NCBI GenBank assembly: GCA_027487835.1
Contig: JAIYCU010000020.1
Span: 10,970-74,969 of the forward strand
DNA: 64,000 bases
Source of the DNA: Bacteroidota bacterium
Lineage (GTDB): Bacteria; Bacteroidota; Bacteroidia; UKL13-3
Direction: 5' to 3'
Shown here one piece after another: positions 19,681 through 30,387 of the stretch. The position numbers were made by a program, and so were the translations under genes. Positions within the stretch are counted from its first letter, which is position 1. Each line of letters opens with the position of its first letter. The notes under the pieces were generated by a model, which made no database searches, was not told the origin of the DNA, and saw nothing but the letters and a program-made list of their open reading frames with translations.

Positions 19681-20340
19681 TTATCTTGAACCAAAAATTG
19701 CGCTGCCAATTCTAACTAAGGTTGCACCCTCCTCAATGGCAACTAAATAATCGCCACTCATGCCCATTGAGATTTCTTTAAAAGTGTCTTGAGCTTCAAA
19801 AAAGTCAGATTTCACCTTGTCAAATAGCATTTTTAAACCCTTAAATTCATTCCGAATTTGAGATGAATCATCGGTATTGCTAGCCATACCCATAAGCCCG
19901 TAAATGGCAATATTTTTCATTTCTTTAAATGACTTATTTTGTAATAGTTCATATAACTCGGCTTGAACCAACCCAAATTTAGTCTCTTCATTCGCAATAT
20001 ATATTTGCAATAAACAGGGGATAATTCGTTGATTTTTTATGCCCTCTTTATTAATAACCTCAAGCAACTTTAAGCTATCTACGCCATGGATCAGGGATAC
20101 AAAATTTGCCATGTATTTAACCTTATTACTTTGTAAATGACCAATCATATGCCATTCAATATCTTTAGGCAATTGTTGATGCTTTTCTACCATTTCTTGC
20201 ACTTTATTTTCTCCAAATATTCTTTGTCCGGCATCATAGGCCTCTTGCAATGCAGGCATAGGCTTGGTTTTGCTAACAGCAATTAATCTTGCATTTAATC
20301 CTATTTCTTGATTTATTTTTTCAATATTTGTAGCAATCAT
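19681..20340 (-). CDS. yggS: PLP-binding protein, YggS/PLPBP family
   Basis: IAVSKTKP with the PLP-binding Lys; alanine-racemase N-terminal-domain fold. Start set at MIATN (20340) rather than the upstream in-frame ATG. Confidence 0.85.
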   Translation of the reverse strand: MIATNIEKINQEIGLNARLIAVSKTKPMPALQEAYDAGQRIFGENKVQEMVEKHQQLPKDIEWHMIGHLQSNKVKYMANFVSLIHGVDSLKLLEVINKEGIKNQRIIPCLLQIYIANEETKFGLVQAELYELLQNKSFKEMKNIAIYGLMGMASNTDDSSQIRNEFKGLKMLFDKVKSDFFEAQDTFKEISMGMSGDYLVAIEEGATLVRIGSAIFGSR

Positions 20341-20740
20341 GAGAGATAATATAATTTTCAAATATCTGTATCTATTTTTGTTTCTGCTAATAATGTCTTG
20401 CAACAATGAAATTGGTTCAGACATTGAAAAACCAAATCCATTTTTTGATAGACAGAAAATGGCAGAAATAATAGCAGATATACAATTGGCAGAATCTGCC
20501 GTGCAAATGAAAAACTATCCTTTTGATTCTATGAATAGAGCCTATGCAGGTTATTATGATTTTGTTTTTGAAAAGCATAACATCGATTCTCAAAGTTTTG
20601 CAGATAACTTTGCCTATTATTTAGCAAATCCTGTGGAGATGGATAGCGTCTATCAAGTAACCATTACAATTTTAAGTACCTTAGAATCAAAATCAAGAGG
20701 AATAATTGTTTTAGATTCAAACAAGATTACAGTTAACTAA
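20339..20740 (+). CDS. Hypothetical lipoprotein
   Basis: Signal KYLYLFLFLLIMSC with lipobox; 133 aa. Confidence 0.55.
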   Translation: MRDNIIFKYLYLFLFLLIMSCNNEIGSDIEKPNPFFDRQKMAEIIADIQLAESAVQMKNYPFDSMNRAYAGYYDFVFEKHNIDSQSFADNFAYYLANPVEMDSVYQVTITILSTLESKSRGIIVLDSNKITVN

Positions 20741-20752
20741 GTTAAAGTTACA

Positions 20753-23149
20753 TTGACGGTTTCAAGAGTTATAGAAAATAAATTGGCTTTTAATCAAATC
20801 ACGGATTTGGTTATTGCCCGCTGCTTATCACCTATGGGTGTTGGATATGCACAAAAAGTAAGATTCATAAATCGCTTCGATTTAATAGAAAAATTGCTAT
20901 TACAAACCAAAGAGTTTAAAAGTGTATTGCAGGAGCGACTCCCTTTTCCAGATCAAAATTATTTAGACATTGGTCCTTGGTTGTACAAAGCCAGAATCGA
21001 AGGGGTTTGGTTATTGGAAGAGGAACTTCATCAAGTGCGGTTAACGGTTCAAACCTTTTTACATATTGCAAAATTCTTGCGCGAGCGAAATGGTTTATAC
21101 CCCAATTTAGAAGCCTTAATGGAAGGGCTTTTAATTAATGATTTAGTAATTCGCAGAATTGATAAAATCCTAGAGCCAGAAGGTAAGCTTAAGGCGAATG
21201 CCTCGCCAGAATTGTCTAAATTATCCCAAAAAATAAACGAAAAGGAGTCAGAAATCAGGAGAAAAACCCAAAAGTTATTTGATAAGTACCAGGATTTGGG
21301 CTACCTCGCTGATAATATTGGTGTGAGCATTAGAGAAGGCAGAATGGTGCTACCTGTTTTGGCAGAGCATAAAAGGCATGTAAACGGCTTTATGCATGAT
21401 GAATCTCAAACGGGTCAAACAGTCTATATTGAGCCAACAGATTGTTTTGATCTTAATAATTTCTTGCGGGAATTACAAATGGCTTACAGAAGAGAGCGTG
21501 AAAGAATCTTGCTTGAAACCACAGACCAATTGCGCCCTGAGATTCCAGAATTAGAGAAAAATCAACTGCGTCTAGGCTTGTTTGATTTTGTTCGTGCAAA
21601 GGCCTTATTAGCCATCGAAATGAAAGCGGATATGCCAATTCTATCAAGGCATCCTGGTATAAATTACTTACAAGCGTATCATCCATTGCTAAAGATGAAT
21701 CATGATAGACAAGGACTAAAAACGGTTCCATTGTCGGTAAGCCTTTCAAAAGATTCGCATATCATGGTTATTTCTGGTCCAAATGCAGGCGGTAAATCTG
21801 TTTGTTTAAAAACCATTGGGCTTTTGCAATTTATGTTGCAATGTGGTTTTTTGATTCCTTGTGATGCCGCAAGCGAGCTTGGTATTTTTAAAGATATTAT
21901 GGTTGATATTGGCGATGAGCAAAGCATCGAAAACGACCTAAGTACTTATAGTTCACACCTGCTGAGCATGAAAAATTTTACAGAGTTTGCAGATGCCAAA
22001 ACATTATTTTTAATTGATGAATTTGGTACTGGAACTGACCCTCAATTTGGTGGACCCTTAGCAGAGGCTATCTTACATCATTTAACTAGAAAGAAAGCAT
22101 TTGGGGTGGTTACAACCCATTTTAGCAACCTTAAGAATTTTGCCAACCATACCCCAGGATTACTAAATGCATGTATGTTGTTCGACCATGAAGCCTTGCA
22201 ACCTTTATATATTTTAGAAACTGGAAAACCAGGCAGTAGCTATGCGTTTGAGCTTGCTGTTAAGTCTGGTTTGAACCAACAAATTATCAACTACGCCAAA
22301 AACAAAGTGGGCGATAAACAAAGGAAAGTAGAAGAGTTATTGGTAGAATTGGAGCGTGAAAAGCAGCATGTTAATGAGTTGCGCATTCGTTTTACAGAGA
22401 AAGAAGAGAAATCTGAAGCTATGCTTTTGAAATACGAAACCTTAACCAATAAGTTTGAGGCTGAGAAAAAGCAATTACTTAAAAAAGCAAAGGAAGAGGC
22501 ATTAGCACTGGTTGCGGAAGCCAATAGTAAAATTGAGGCTACCATTCGAGAAATTAAGCAAGAACAAGCTAGCAGTGAGGTGCAAAGAAAAGCTCGAACC
22601 TTGGTAAAGGATGAGATTCAACAATTGAAAGAAGCTGTTGGCGAGGCTACTGAAGTTATTCAAAGCAAAACGGAAGGGATTTTGAGTTTAGGCAATATTC
22701 AGGTAGGTGATATGGTACGCGTAATCGGACAAGAAACGCCGGTAAAAGTGATAGAATTACAAAAAAACAAAGCAGTTGTTGGAATGGGGGATTTGCGAAG
22801 CACTGTTGCTTTACAAAAACTTGAAAAATTTTCTTCTGACCAAGAGCAAGTTGTAAAACGACTTGCTCCTAAAGGGATTGACTTTAATGCGAAGATGCAG
22901 CACTTTTCTTCGGAGCTTAATGTGATAGGTACGCGCGGTGAAGAGGCTTTGAAACAATTGGATGATTACCTTGATGATGCTTTAATTTTAGGCATCAAAC
23001 AAGTAAGAATTGTGCATGGAAAAGGATATGGTATTTTAAGGAAGCTTGTAAGAAATTCTTTAAAACTTAATAAGCGTGTTGAAACATTTCAAGATGAACA
23101 TGTTGAATTAGGCGGAGATGGGGTTACAATTGTTACCTTAAAGGTATAA
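20753..23149 (+). CDS. mutS2: Endonuclease MutS2 (MutS domains III-V plus C-terminal Smr)
   Basis: Walker A GPNAGGKS, central coiled-coil region, C-terminal Smr domain (VIGTRGEEAL...VRIVHGKG). Confidence 0.92.
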   Translation: MTVSRVIENKLAFNQITDLVIARCLSPMGVGYAQKVRFINRFDLIEKLLLQTKEFKSVLQERLPFPDQNYLDIGPWLYKARIEGVWLLEEELHQVRLTVQTFLHIAKFLRERNGLYPNLEALMEGLLINDLVIRRIDKILEPEGKLKANASPELSKLSQKINEKESEIRRKTQKLFDKYQDLGYLADNIGVSIREGRMVLPVLAEHKRHVNGFMHDESQTGQTVYIEPTDCFDLNNFLRELQMAYRRERERILLETTDQLRPEIPELEKNQLRLGLFDFVRAKALLAIEMKADMPILSRHPGINYLQAYHPLLKMNHDRQGLKTVPLSVSLSKDSHIMVISGPNAGGKSVCLKTIGLLQFMLQCGFLIPCDAASELGIFKDIMVDIGDEQSIENDLSTYSSHLLSMKNFTEFADAKTLFLIDEFGTGTDPQFGGPLAEAILHHLTRKKAFGVVTTHFSNLKNFANHTPGLLNACMLFDHEALQPLYILETGKPGSSYAFELAVKSGLNQQIINYAKNKVGDKQRKVEELLVELEREKQHVNELRIRFTEKEEKSEAMLLKYETLTNKFEAEKKQLLKKAKEEALALVAEANSKIEATIREIKQEQASSEVQRKARTLVKDEIQQLKEAVGEATEVIQSKTEGILSLGNIQVGDMVRVIGQETPVKVIELQKNKAVVGMGDLRSTVALQKLEKFSSDQEQVVKRLAPKGIDFNAKMQHFSSELNVIGTRGEEALKQLDDYLDDALILGIKQVRIVHGKGYGILRKLVRNSLKLNKRVETFQDEHVELGGDGVTIVTLKV

Positions 23150-23833
23150 TTACAACTTTTGGAATTGTTCAAATGCTGCAGTTAATGAATCATAATCAGT
23201 ATAACCATTAGCCAAAGCATACCATTTGCCATTTTTTATTGCCAGCACTGCCGGATAGCCATTAACTCCCAAAGTAGAAACATGTTTAAAACTGTTAAAT
23301 GCCCTTGTCTTCATTTCCTCAGATTTTAACATTTGTAAAAACTGTTCTGGCTCAAAGTCAAATTGTTTAGCCAAAGAAATATAAACAGAATCTTCTCTTA
23401 AATCTAAGCCTTCAACATAATATGCTGCTTGAAGTGCAGAAGCAAAGGGTATGGCCTTCTTATTATCCAATGCTTTACATACCTCCATTGCAATGGAAGG
23501 AATGACAGAACTTGAATAAATGGATTTTGTTTTTAATTGATTTAGGTAGGCTTGACCAAACTTTACACCTGTTAATTTTTCTAATCTAGGATAAGCACTA
23601 AGAATATAATCAGCAAAATCGCCAATTGGGCCTTCTCTTTCTCCAACCACCATCCCACCACTTAAAACATCAAAATAAAAAGTGGTGTCATATTCATGGG
23701 CTGCTTTCTTAATTACCTCAGAGAATCCAAAGCACCAGCCACACATAGGGTCAAACACATAAAAAATTGTATCTTTTGCGTTAGTTGTCATACAATAAAG
23801 GCTAAGTAATAAACCAATAAAAATCTTTTTCAA
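23150..23833 (-). CDS. DsbA-like thioredoxin-fold protein
   Basis: Signal peptide; CGWC redox motif in FDPMCGWCFG. Confidence 0.7.
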   Translation of the reverse strand: MKKIFIGLLLSLYCMTTNAKDTIFYVFDPMCGWCFGFSEVIKKAAHEYDTTFYFDVLSGGMVVGEREGPIGDFADYILSAYPRLEKLTGVKFGQAYLNQLKTKSIYSSSVIPSIAMEVCKALDNKKAIPFASALQAAYYVEGLDLREDSVYISLAKQFDFEPEQFLQMLKSEEMKTRAFNSFKHVSTLGVNGYPAVLAIKNGKWYALANGYTDYDSLTAAFEQFQKL

Positions 23834-23847
23834 AGTAGGTAAGGGTC

Positions 23848-24249
23848 TTAACTTCTTTGGGTGATATAATATAATCCAATTATACCTGCTACAAAGTGCA
23901 TTGGAATGGTTAACAAAGCAAAGTGTTCAGGCGTGGGTGTGCCATCTGGCAAGACCGATGCAAATGAAGGAAATAAACTAAATGCGGTAAAGGAACCGCC
24001 AATAAAAATAAACAAACGATTGGCTTCTTTAAAATGCTTTTGTAAGAAAAAATAGATAAACGCACCAATTAGTATTGGAACAATTGAAGAGATAACTACC
24101 GCCACTGGAAACCCATTTGGTAGCCCATTAATTTTTAGGATATATTCTAAAATAAAAAGCCAAGAGATATTAATACCTGCTGTAATTAAACCTCCTTGAA
24201 AGGCGGCCTTCAGAATATTAGCTAATTTTTTATTATTCAATTCGCTCAT
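23848..24249 (-). CDS. Hypothetical membrane protein (4 predicted TM)
   Basis: Hydrophobic segments; 133 aa; 4-nt overlap with the upstream response-regulator gene. Confidence 0.5.
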   Translation of the reverse strand: MSELNNKKLANILKAAFQGGLITAGINISWLFILEYILKINGLPNGFPVAVVISSIVPILIGAFIYFFLQKHFKEANRLFIFIGGSFTAFSLFPSFASVLPDGTPTPEHFALLTIPMHFVAGIIGLYYITQRS

Positions 24250-24641
24250 AACATTTTTAGGATGTTTTCTATTTTTTGTGCGTTTAAAGGTTTTGATATG
24301 TAATCAAGTACAAAGGGATATGCTTTAGATTTTTCTTGGTCGCGAGAATCAATAGAAGAGCTAAACATAAAAATTCTCATTTGAAGATGATTTTTTTCAA
24401 TGTCATTCAAAAAATCCCAACCATTATAGAGAGGCATATTAATGTCTAGTAGGATGATACAATTTTGATCAAAACCCTCTGATAAAAAATGTTGAATCGC
24501 TTGTTTTCCATCCTTAAAAGCTTCAATTTCAAATCCCTTATTGAATTGTTGTAAAATCCTGGTGGTTAAAAATATGGTGATATCATCATCATCGATAATC
24601 ACAAACTTTAAAGGATTTTGATAGGGCAAGGTATTTTCCAA
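24246..24641 (-). CDS. Single-domain response regulator (CheY-like receiver)
   Basis: VIIDDDD acidic pocket, phospho-acceptor Asp in LLDINMP, conserved K near the C-terminus; no output domain. Confidence 0.8.
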   Translation of the reverse strand: MENTLPYQNPLKFVIIDDDDITIFLTTRILQQFNKGFEIEAFKDGKQAIQHFLSEGFDQNCIILLDINMPLYNGWDFLNDIEKNHLQMRIFMFSSSIDSRDQEKSKAYPFVLDYISKPLNAQKIENILKML

Positions 24642-24718
24642 TTTTCACCAAGTATTTAAGCAATACTAAGCATACTTTTATCCAATTAAAAGAGGAAAAT
24701 ATACAAGCCTGTGTAAAT

Positions 24719-25468
24719 CTAAAAGATGGATTTCCATACCAATCTTGTACCAGTGCTTCCCCAATCCTTTAGACCTTTTGTAATTTCGTCTCTAAAAACG
24801 CTAAAATTCACCTTTTTACCTTTTAGTTTAGGTACTAAAAAGACATTTTCTGGTAAGCTTTGGGGTTCTATTTTTGTGGCAAAATAAGTAATATTCAATC
24901 TTGGAATTACAATCCCTAAAATCATTCCAGGTAAGCCATTAAAACTCTCTGGACCTGCTGATACTGGAATTTGTTCGGTATAAAAGGCAATCACATACAC
25001 CGAATCAAATAAAACAGTGGCGGCCTTTCTGCAGGTATATCCTGCAATTTCTCTAAACTCTCCAAGGTATTTCCAATCATAAATAGGCAGACTATCTTCT
25101 ATGATATAATTATTTTCAAATACTTGTTTTACCGCTAAGAGTTGCGTGTCTTTAAAATTTTGCCATACTAGGTTTGTATTGGCTGGTTTGAGCCAAGAAG
25201 GCGTTGCGGCCTCATCCTCTATTGATATTTTATAGGCCGATTGAAGTGCATTGAAATTCAATTCAAAAAAATCTACTTTGTACTTTGGAAGTGTTTTTAA
25301 AAAAGCATCTCTCCAGCTACTTTCTTCTGTAAATTGTTTATGTAAATTTTCCTTCCTTTCAAAGGTGATTTTTCCAGAAAGAATTATTTGTTGGGCGTTT
25401 ACGTTTTGGGTCAAACCAAAAACTAAACAGAAGATTAATATAAATTTACTCATTGTTTTTGGCCTCAT
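24719..25468 (-). CDS. GLPGLI-family protein
   Basis: Signal peptide; GLPGMILGIVIP motif characteristic of the Bacteroidota GLPGLI paralog family; 23-nt overlap with the upstream receptor gene. Confidence 0.65.
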   Translation of the reverse strand: MRPKTMSKFILIFCLVFGLTQNVNAQQIILSGKITFERKENLHKQFTEESSWRDAFLKTLPKYKVDFFELNFNALQSAYKISIEDEAATPSWLKPANTNLVWQNFKDTQLLAVKQVFENNYIIEDSLPIYDWKYLGEFREIAGYTCRKAATVLFDSVYVIAFYTEQIPVSAGPESFNGLPGMILGIVIPRLNITYFATKIEPQSLPENVFLVPKLKGKKVNFSVFRDEITKGLKDWGSTGTRLVWKSIF

Positions 25469-28256
25469 TTTTATTGCTATTCAAATTCCATGTTAACCCA
25501 AATAATACATAGCGTTTAAGCACTAAATAGTTTTGCTCATTGATATAATTACTATTAGCATTTCTTTCGAAACCAATATTTTGATTAAAAACATCTACCA
25601 CGGTAATTCTAGCAATCAGTTGATCCCATGCTAATAATTTTTTACTCAAGTTTATATTTACAATGGTATTGGTATTTCCGGCAAAAGAACCAGTTCCTGC
25701 TCTGTTGTTCCAGTTTCCATCAATGCCAAACTTAAATTTCTTGGGTAGGTAAAAGCTTGCACTTGCATTTACCATATAAGTATAAAAATTGATGACAGCA
25801 TCTTTTCTTAAACTGGTGGTAGAACGGCTATAGTTAATGCCTGGCGATACATAAATATCTAATTTTTCTTCCTTTTCATAGCTAATATTTAAATCGTAAT
25901 TTAGGTTAGAACTTAAGTTTTGATTGCTGAGTCCGTTAATAAAATTAGCTCTTTTATATATTCCACCATTTAAACTATTTCCAATGCCTAAGTTTAATTT
26001 TGAAATTTTGAAAAAGTAATAGGTATAGAAACTTGCTGATTGATTGCCATCAACATTTACCGTTTTAAAAACTCTTCTGCCTAGGGCATCTACTTGGTCG
26101 AAGTTTGCAAAATCATTGAGCGTATTGCTAAGGTTGAAATTCAGCCATAAACTTTTTCCAGAGATTGGCTTATAATTATTATAACTAATATTAATATCAT
26201 TTCTAAAGCTTTGACCTAAGCCTGGATTACCTTGAAAAACAACTAAGGGATTACTTAAATTTTGGATTGGATTAATTTGTTGCAAAGTTGGCTGTCGGGT
26301 TGAACCTGTATAGCTAAAATTTAATGCGCGCGTAGTACTTATTTTATAGTTTAACCGAGCGGACGGAAACAGATTAGTAAAGTTTTGGGTGAGAACGGTA
26401 TCTAGAGATTTGTTATCCTGTATTAAGGTAGTTTGTGAAATTTTTGCGCCGATAGAGGTGTTAATTTTTTTGTTTATAAACCTTAATAAGACTTCTCCTT
26501 TTTGAATCCCAATGGTATAATTTAAATCATTAGAAAGTGAGTCCACCAATTGGGTGTAATTACCTGCAGCAGTTTTATTAAATGTGTTGATGCTAGATTT
26601 ACTTTTAGTTAAATGATAATCATAACTACTCACCAAAAAGAGTTTTTTACTAAGCGGTTCTGTGTAAGTTATTGCACCACCTAGTGCATTTCCGCTTTCA
26701 GCGGCATCGGTTAATTGATCTAGTTGCTGCTCACTGTTAATACTTGAATCGCCATTGAAAAAAATTGTGCTCGACAGTAAATTTCCAATTTTATTATTCT
26801 GAGTAATTCGCTGATCATACTTTAAAGAGAGGGTGCGCCCCAAGGTTTTAAATTTTTTATTTAAGACCATTGAATAATTTAAAGTAGTATTATCTCCTTC
26901 ACTTTTATTGGTTCTATTGTTTCTGTTTACCAAACTATTGTCTTCATTTAAGTTGTCGGCATTAATGGTTGAACTGTTATTATAAAAGGACTGCATAAAA
27001 TTTCCTTTAACAATTAGAGTACTTAAAGAATCTAACTTAAATTCTGCCTTTCCATTTATATTATTATTTGTGCGGTTATTACGGGTTCGTGTAAGGACGT
27101 CATTGTAATAGGTGGTGTCTGGTAAAATCCATTGCGAATAATCTCTTTCGGCTCCTGTGATTAATGTGTTTCTATGTGAGGCTGTTAATTGATAAATTTG
27201 CTTGTCGTTTTTTATTTTATCGCTATAATGAATACCTGCATAACGCGAAGTGGGTATACCATTTCCATTATATTCACCATCGCCACTTTCAAAATAACTA
27301 TACATATAACCACTGGCTTCATCATATTCTACATTGTTTCCGCCTAAATATTGCTCTCTTTCTTCCCAATCTAAATCGGTATTTTCTGTATTAGAGAAGG
27401 TAGAAAAAACAGATACTTTTCTTTTCCCTGCAAACTTGTTTATCAAAGCCTTGCTTTCGTATCGGTTTTCATTTCCACCAACATTATTTAAGCCCGGACT
27501 ATTATTATTATTCGGTGTGCCATAGGCTGCCTCTATTTTGCCAAAGTATCCTTTTTTTGCTTCCTCTTTTAGGGTCAGATTAATGGTTTTTTCTTTGGTT
27601 CCATCGTCTATGCCTGTAAACGCACTTTGCTCACTCTTTTTATCAAATACCTGAACAGTTTCTACATTATCAGCCTTAATATTTTTGGTAGCAATGGTTG
27701 GGTCATTCCCAAAAAACTCTTCTCCGTCTACTAATACCTTTTTTACTTCTTGCCCTTGAGCGGTAATTTTTCCATCCTTGTCAACTTGTATCCCAGGCAA
27801 TCTTTTCAATAACTCCTCAACATTCGCACTTTTATTTACCAAAAAACTATCCACTAAAAACTCTACGGTATCACCTTTTATTTTAATGGCTTGGCGGTCT
27901 TTGATAATAATTTCTTTCAATAGATTTGCCTTAGAAATTAGACTAATGCTCCCTAAGTCTTTCGTTTCATTAGCTTGAAAACGTAAAATTTCTTCATAAT
28001 CAGCAAATCCTGGCTTTGCAATGAGTAGTCGATAGGTATCTGGCAAAAGGTTTATAAAAGAAAAAGCACCATTATTATTGGTAAATTGTTTTTTATAAAT
28101 AGTTGAATCCCGTTTAATAAGTACCACTGCAGAATATGCCATAGGCTTGTAATTGCTGGTATCTTGCAAGGTTCCTTTTAGTGCAGCTGTTTGGGAAAGG
28201 CCGAGGAAGGGGAAGGTGAAAAAAGTAATAAAGTAAAGGAGTCTAATTATTTTCAT
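25446..28256 (-). CDS. TonB-dependent receptor-like outer-membrane protein with N-terminal carboxypeptidase-regulatory-like domain
   Basis: Signal peptide, CarbopepD_reg-like beta-sandwich (GTLQDTSNYKPMAYSAVVLI), plug-like DTVEFLVDSF region, long Asn/Ser/Tyr-rich beta-barrel, C-terminal aromatic residue. Confidence 0.7.
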   Translation of the reverse strand: MKIIRLLYFITFFTFPFLGLSQTAALKGTLQDTSNYKPMAYSAVVLIKRDSTIYKKQFTNNNGAFSFINLLPDTYRLLIAKPGFADYEEILRFQANETKDLGSISLISKANLLKEIIIKDRQAIKIKGDTVEFLVDSFLVNKSANVEELLKRLPGIQVDKDGKITAQGQEVKKVLVDGEEFFGNDPTIATKNIKADNVETVQVFDKKSEQSAFTGIDDGTKEKTINLTLKEEAKKGYFGKIEAAYGTPNNNNSPGLNNVGGNENRYESKALINKFAGKRKVSVFSTFSNTENTDLDWEEREQYLGGNNVEYDEASGYMYSYFESGDGEYNGNGIPTSRYAGIHYSDKIKNDKQIYQLTASHRNTLITGAERDYSQWILPDTTYYNDVLTRTRNNRTNNNINGKAEFKLDSLSTLIVKGNFMQSFYNNSSTINADNLNEDNSLVNRNNRTNKSEGDNTTLNYSMVLNKKFKTLGRTLSLKYDQRITQNNKIGNLLSSTIFFNGDSSINSEQQLDQLTDAAESGNALGGAITYTEPLSKKLFLVSSYDYHLTKSKSSINTFNKTAAGNYTQLVDSLSNDLNYTIGIQKGEVLLRFINKKINTSIGAKISQTTLIQDNKSLDTVLTQNFTNLFPSARLNYKISTTRALNFSYTGSTRQPTLQQINPIQNLSNPLVVFQGNPGLGQSFRNDINISYNNYKPISGKSLWLNFNLSNTLNDFANFDQVDALGRRVFKTVNVDGNQSASFYTYYFFKISKLNLGIGNSLNGGIYKRANFINGLSNQNLSSNLNYDLNISYEKEEKLDIYVSPGINYSRSTTSLRKDAVINFYTYMVNASASFYLPKKFKFGIDGNWNNRAGTGSFAGNTNTIVNINLSKKLLAWDQLIARITVVDVFNQNIGFERNANSNYINEQNYLVLKRYVLFGLTWNLNSNKNEAKNNE

Positions 28257-28308
28257 AGCGTATCAAAAATGACAATCTCTTAACATAGTTTAAAGAAATT
28301 TATTATAA

Positions 28309-29103
28309 GTGGTTAAAGATTGGTTTGAGCCAAGTCAATTTATTACTTTCGAACACGCAATGGAGCAACAAAAAGAATGGTTTAAAGAATGGTTTAATTC
28401 GCCTTATTATCATATATTATATGGCGATAGAGACCAGCAGGAGGCAGAGTTTTTTCTAAGAAATTTAGTTCAACAATTTTCTCCAGCCCCTCAGGCTACT
28501 TTCCTAGACCTAGCCTGCGGCGCAGGCCGGCATAGCATATTTTTGAACAATTTAGGTTTTCAGGTTACAGGGATTGACCTTTCTAAACACAGTATTTCCA
28601 TTGCTAAACAATACGAAAACCCAAGCCTGCATTTTGAAGTTGGTGATTTAAGAACCTTTCACCTACCCACCACCTTTGATTTTGTGTTAAACCTTTTTAC
28701 TAGTTTTGGCTATTTTGATTGCATGGATACAAATAAGGAGGTTCTGCATCAAGTAAAACAATCTCTTAAGCCTAATGGTGTTTTTATTATTGATTTTATG
28801 AATGCCGATAAAATCCTAGAAAACTTGATTCCTTTTGAATTAAAAGAAAGACAAGGAATTATTTTTGAAATCAGCAAAACCATAGAAAATGGGATAATAA
28901 TAAAAGATATTTCATTTACCGATCTAGGGAAATCGTTCCATTACCAAGAAAAAGTGCAAGCTTTAACCTTAAATGATTTCAATAACTTGCTTTCTCAATG
29001 CGGTTTTCAACTACTTTCTACCTTTGGAAATTATGCCCTCGAATCCTATGATAGGCAAGAAAGTGATCGTCTCATTTTAGTTTCCCAACTCAATCATGCT
29101 TGA
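28309..29103 (+). CDS. Class I SAM-dependent methyltransferase
   Basis: LDLACGAGRHS motif I; VIIDFMN motif. Confidence 0.8.
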   Translation: MVKDWFEPSQFITFEHAMEQQKEWFKEWFNSPYYHILYGDRDQQEAEFFLRNLVQQFSPAPQATFLDLACGAGRHSIFLNNLGFQVTGIDLSKHSISIAKQYENPSLHFEVGDLRTFHLPTTFDFVLNLFTSFGYFDCMDTNKEVLHQVKQSLKPNGVFIIDFMNADKILENLIPFELKERQGIIFEISKTIENGIIIKDISFTDLGKSFHYQEKVQALTLNDFNNLLSQCGFQLLSTFGNYALESYDRQESDRLILVSQLNHA

Positions 29104-29659
29104 ACAATTACTTAGTTTAGATAGGTCCCTATTTTTAGAAATAAACAATGGATTATCGCATCCATTTTTAAATGAATTATGCTTGACCCTAAGAAACCAA
29201 GCTACTTGGTATCCGATGTATGCTGTATTTATTTTCTTTCTTATTAAACAATATAAAATTGAGTCTTGGAAAATTTTATTAGCTGCTGGTTTAATGATTT
29301 TGTTATCTGATCAATTTAGCGCAAACTTGGTAAAGAATACATTTATGCGCGCTCGCCCTTGTGCAGAGCCATTATTGTCGGGTAAAGTAATTCATTTAAC
29401 GGGTTCATGTAATGGATATAGTTTTATATCAGCACATGCCACCAATCATTTTGCATTGGCTATATTTTTGGCCTATTGTTTTAAACAATTAAAGTGGTTA
29501 TTGCCAGTTTTGATTTTATGGGCCTTGAGTATTGCGTTTTCTCAGGTATATGTTGGGGTGCATTATCCTTTAGATGTAACGGTAGGGGCACTATGTGGTA
29601 CTCTCTTTGGTGTAGCTTTTTCTAGGTATGTTTTTAAATTTGTTAAGGTAAACATATGA
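29096..29659 (+). CDS. PAP2-family phosphatase (phosphatidic acid phosphatase type 2 / undecaprenyl-PP phosphatase-like)
   Basis: KxxxxxxRP ... SGH (SFISAHAT) ... VGVHYPLDV PAP2 signature motifs. Confidence 0.8.
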   Translation: MLEQLLSLDRSLFLEINNGLSHPFLNELCLTLRNQATWYPMYAVFIFFLIKQYKIESWKILLAAGLMILLSDQFSANLVKNTFMRARPCAEPLLSGKVIHLTGSCNGYSFISAHATNHFALAIFLAYCFKQLKWLLPVLILWALSIAFSQVYVGVHYPLDVTVGALCGTLFGVAFSRYVFKFVKVNI

Positions 29660-30387
29660 GTTGGTTGTGGTTATTATTATTGCCTGTTGGGCCTTTGGTA
29701 GGTACTTATTTAGGGGTTAAAGGCGCTAGAAAAGTAGGTGGCAGTTTAGCCTGGTTTTTATCTTTTGCAGGCGCATATCTTTTAGGCATTACTATATTAA
29801 ATTTAATTCCTGAGGTTTTTAGGGTATTTGATCCCTTAAAAGGTGCCCTGATGTTAATGGGATTCTTTTTTCAAATTTTTTTAGAGCGATTTTCAGAAGG
29901 GGTAGAGCATGGGCATATGCACGCCCACCATCATTTAAAACATAAAGTTTTACCAGTAGGGGTGGTGGTTTCATTAAGCTTACATTCTTTTTCGGAAGGG
30001 GTGCCTTTAGGTGCTTTGTGGCTTGAAGGTAGTTCGCACTTTTTTCCTTTTCTTTTTGGGATTATGATTCATGAGGTACCAGCTGCCTTTGCCTTATTAA
30101 CATTACTAAAAGGTTTAAACCTAAGCGAGAGTTTACTTACCAAAACAGGGTTGCTTTATTCTATAATGTCTTTTGCTGGAGCCATGGTAAGCATGCTGCT
30201 AGAGTCGAGCATTCCAGTGGAGTTTTTCGAATATTTTATGGCGTTCGTCATTGGAACCTTCTTACATATTTCAACTACTATACTATTTGAAAATAGTGAG
30301 CACCATATTTTTAACAAAAAGAAGTTGAGTGCGGTTTTAGCAGGTATATCTGCAGCTTTGCTCATTAGTATGATGCACGTGCATTAA
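29656..30387 (+). CDS. ZIP-family divalent metal (zinc) transporter
   Basis: His-rich loop HGHMHAHHHLKH; LHSFSEGVPLG and HEVPAAFALL match the ZIP HSxxEG / HE(I/V)PxG motifs. Confidence 0.7.
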   Translation: MSWLWLLLLPVGPLVGTYLGVKGARKVGGSLAWFLSFAGAYLLGITILNLIPEVFRVFDPLKGALMLMGFFFQIFLERFSEGVEHGHMHAHHHLKHKVLPVGVVVSLSLHSFSEGVPLGALWLEGSSHFFPFLFGIMIHEVPAAFALLTLLKGLNLSESLLTKTGLLYSIMSFAGAMVSMLLESSIPVEFFEYFMAFVIGTFLHISTTILFENSEHHIFNKKKLSAVLAGISAALLISMMHVH

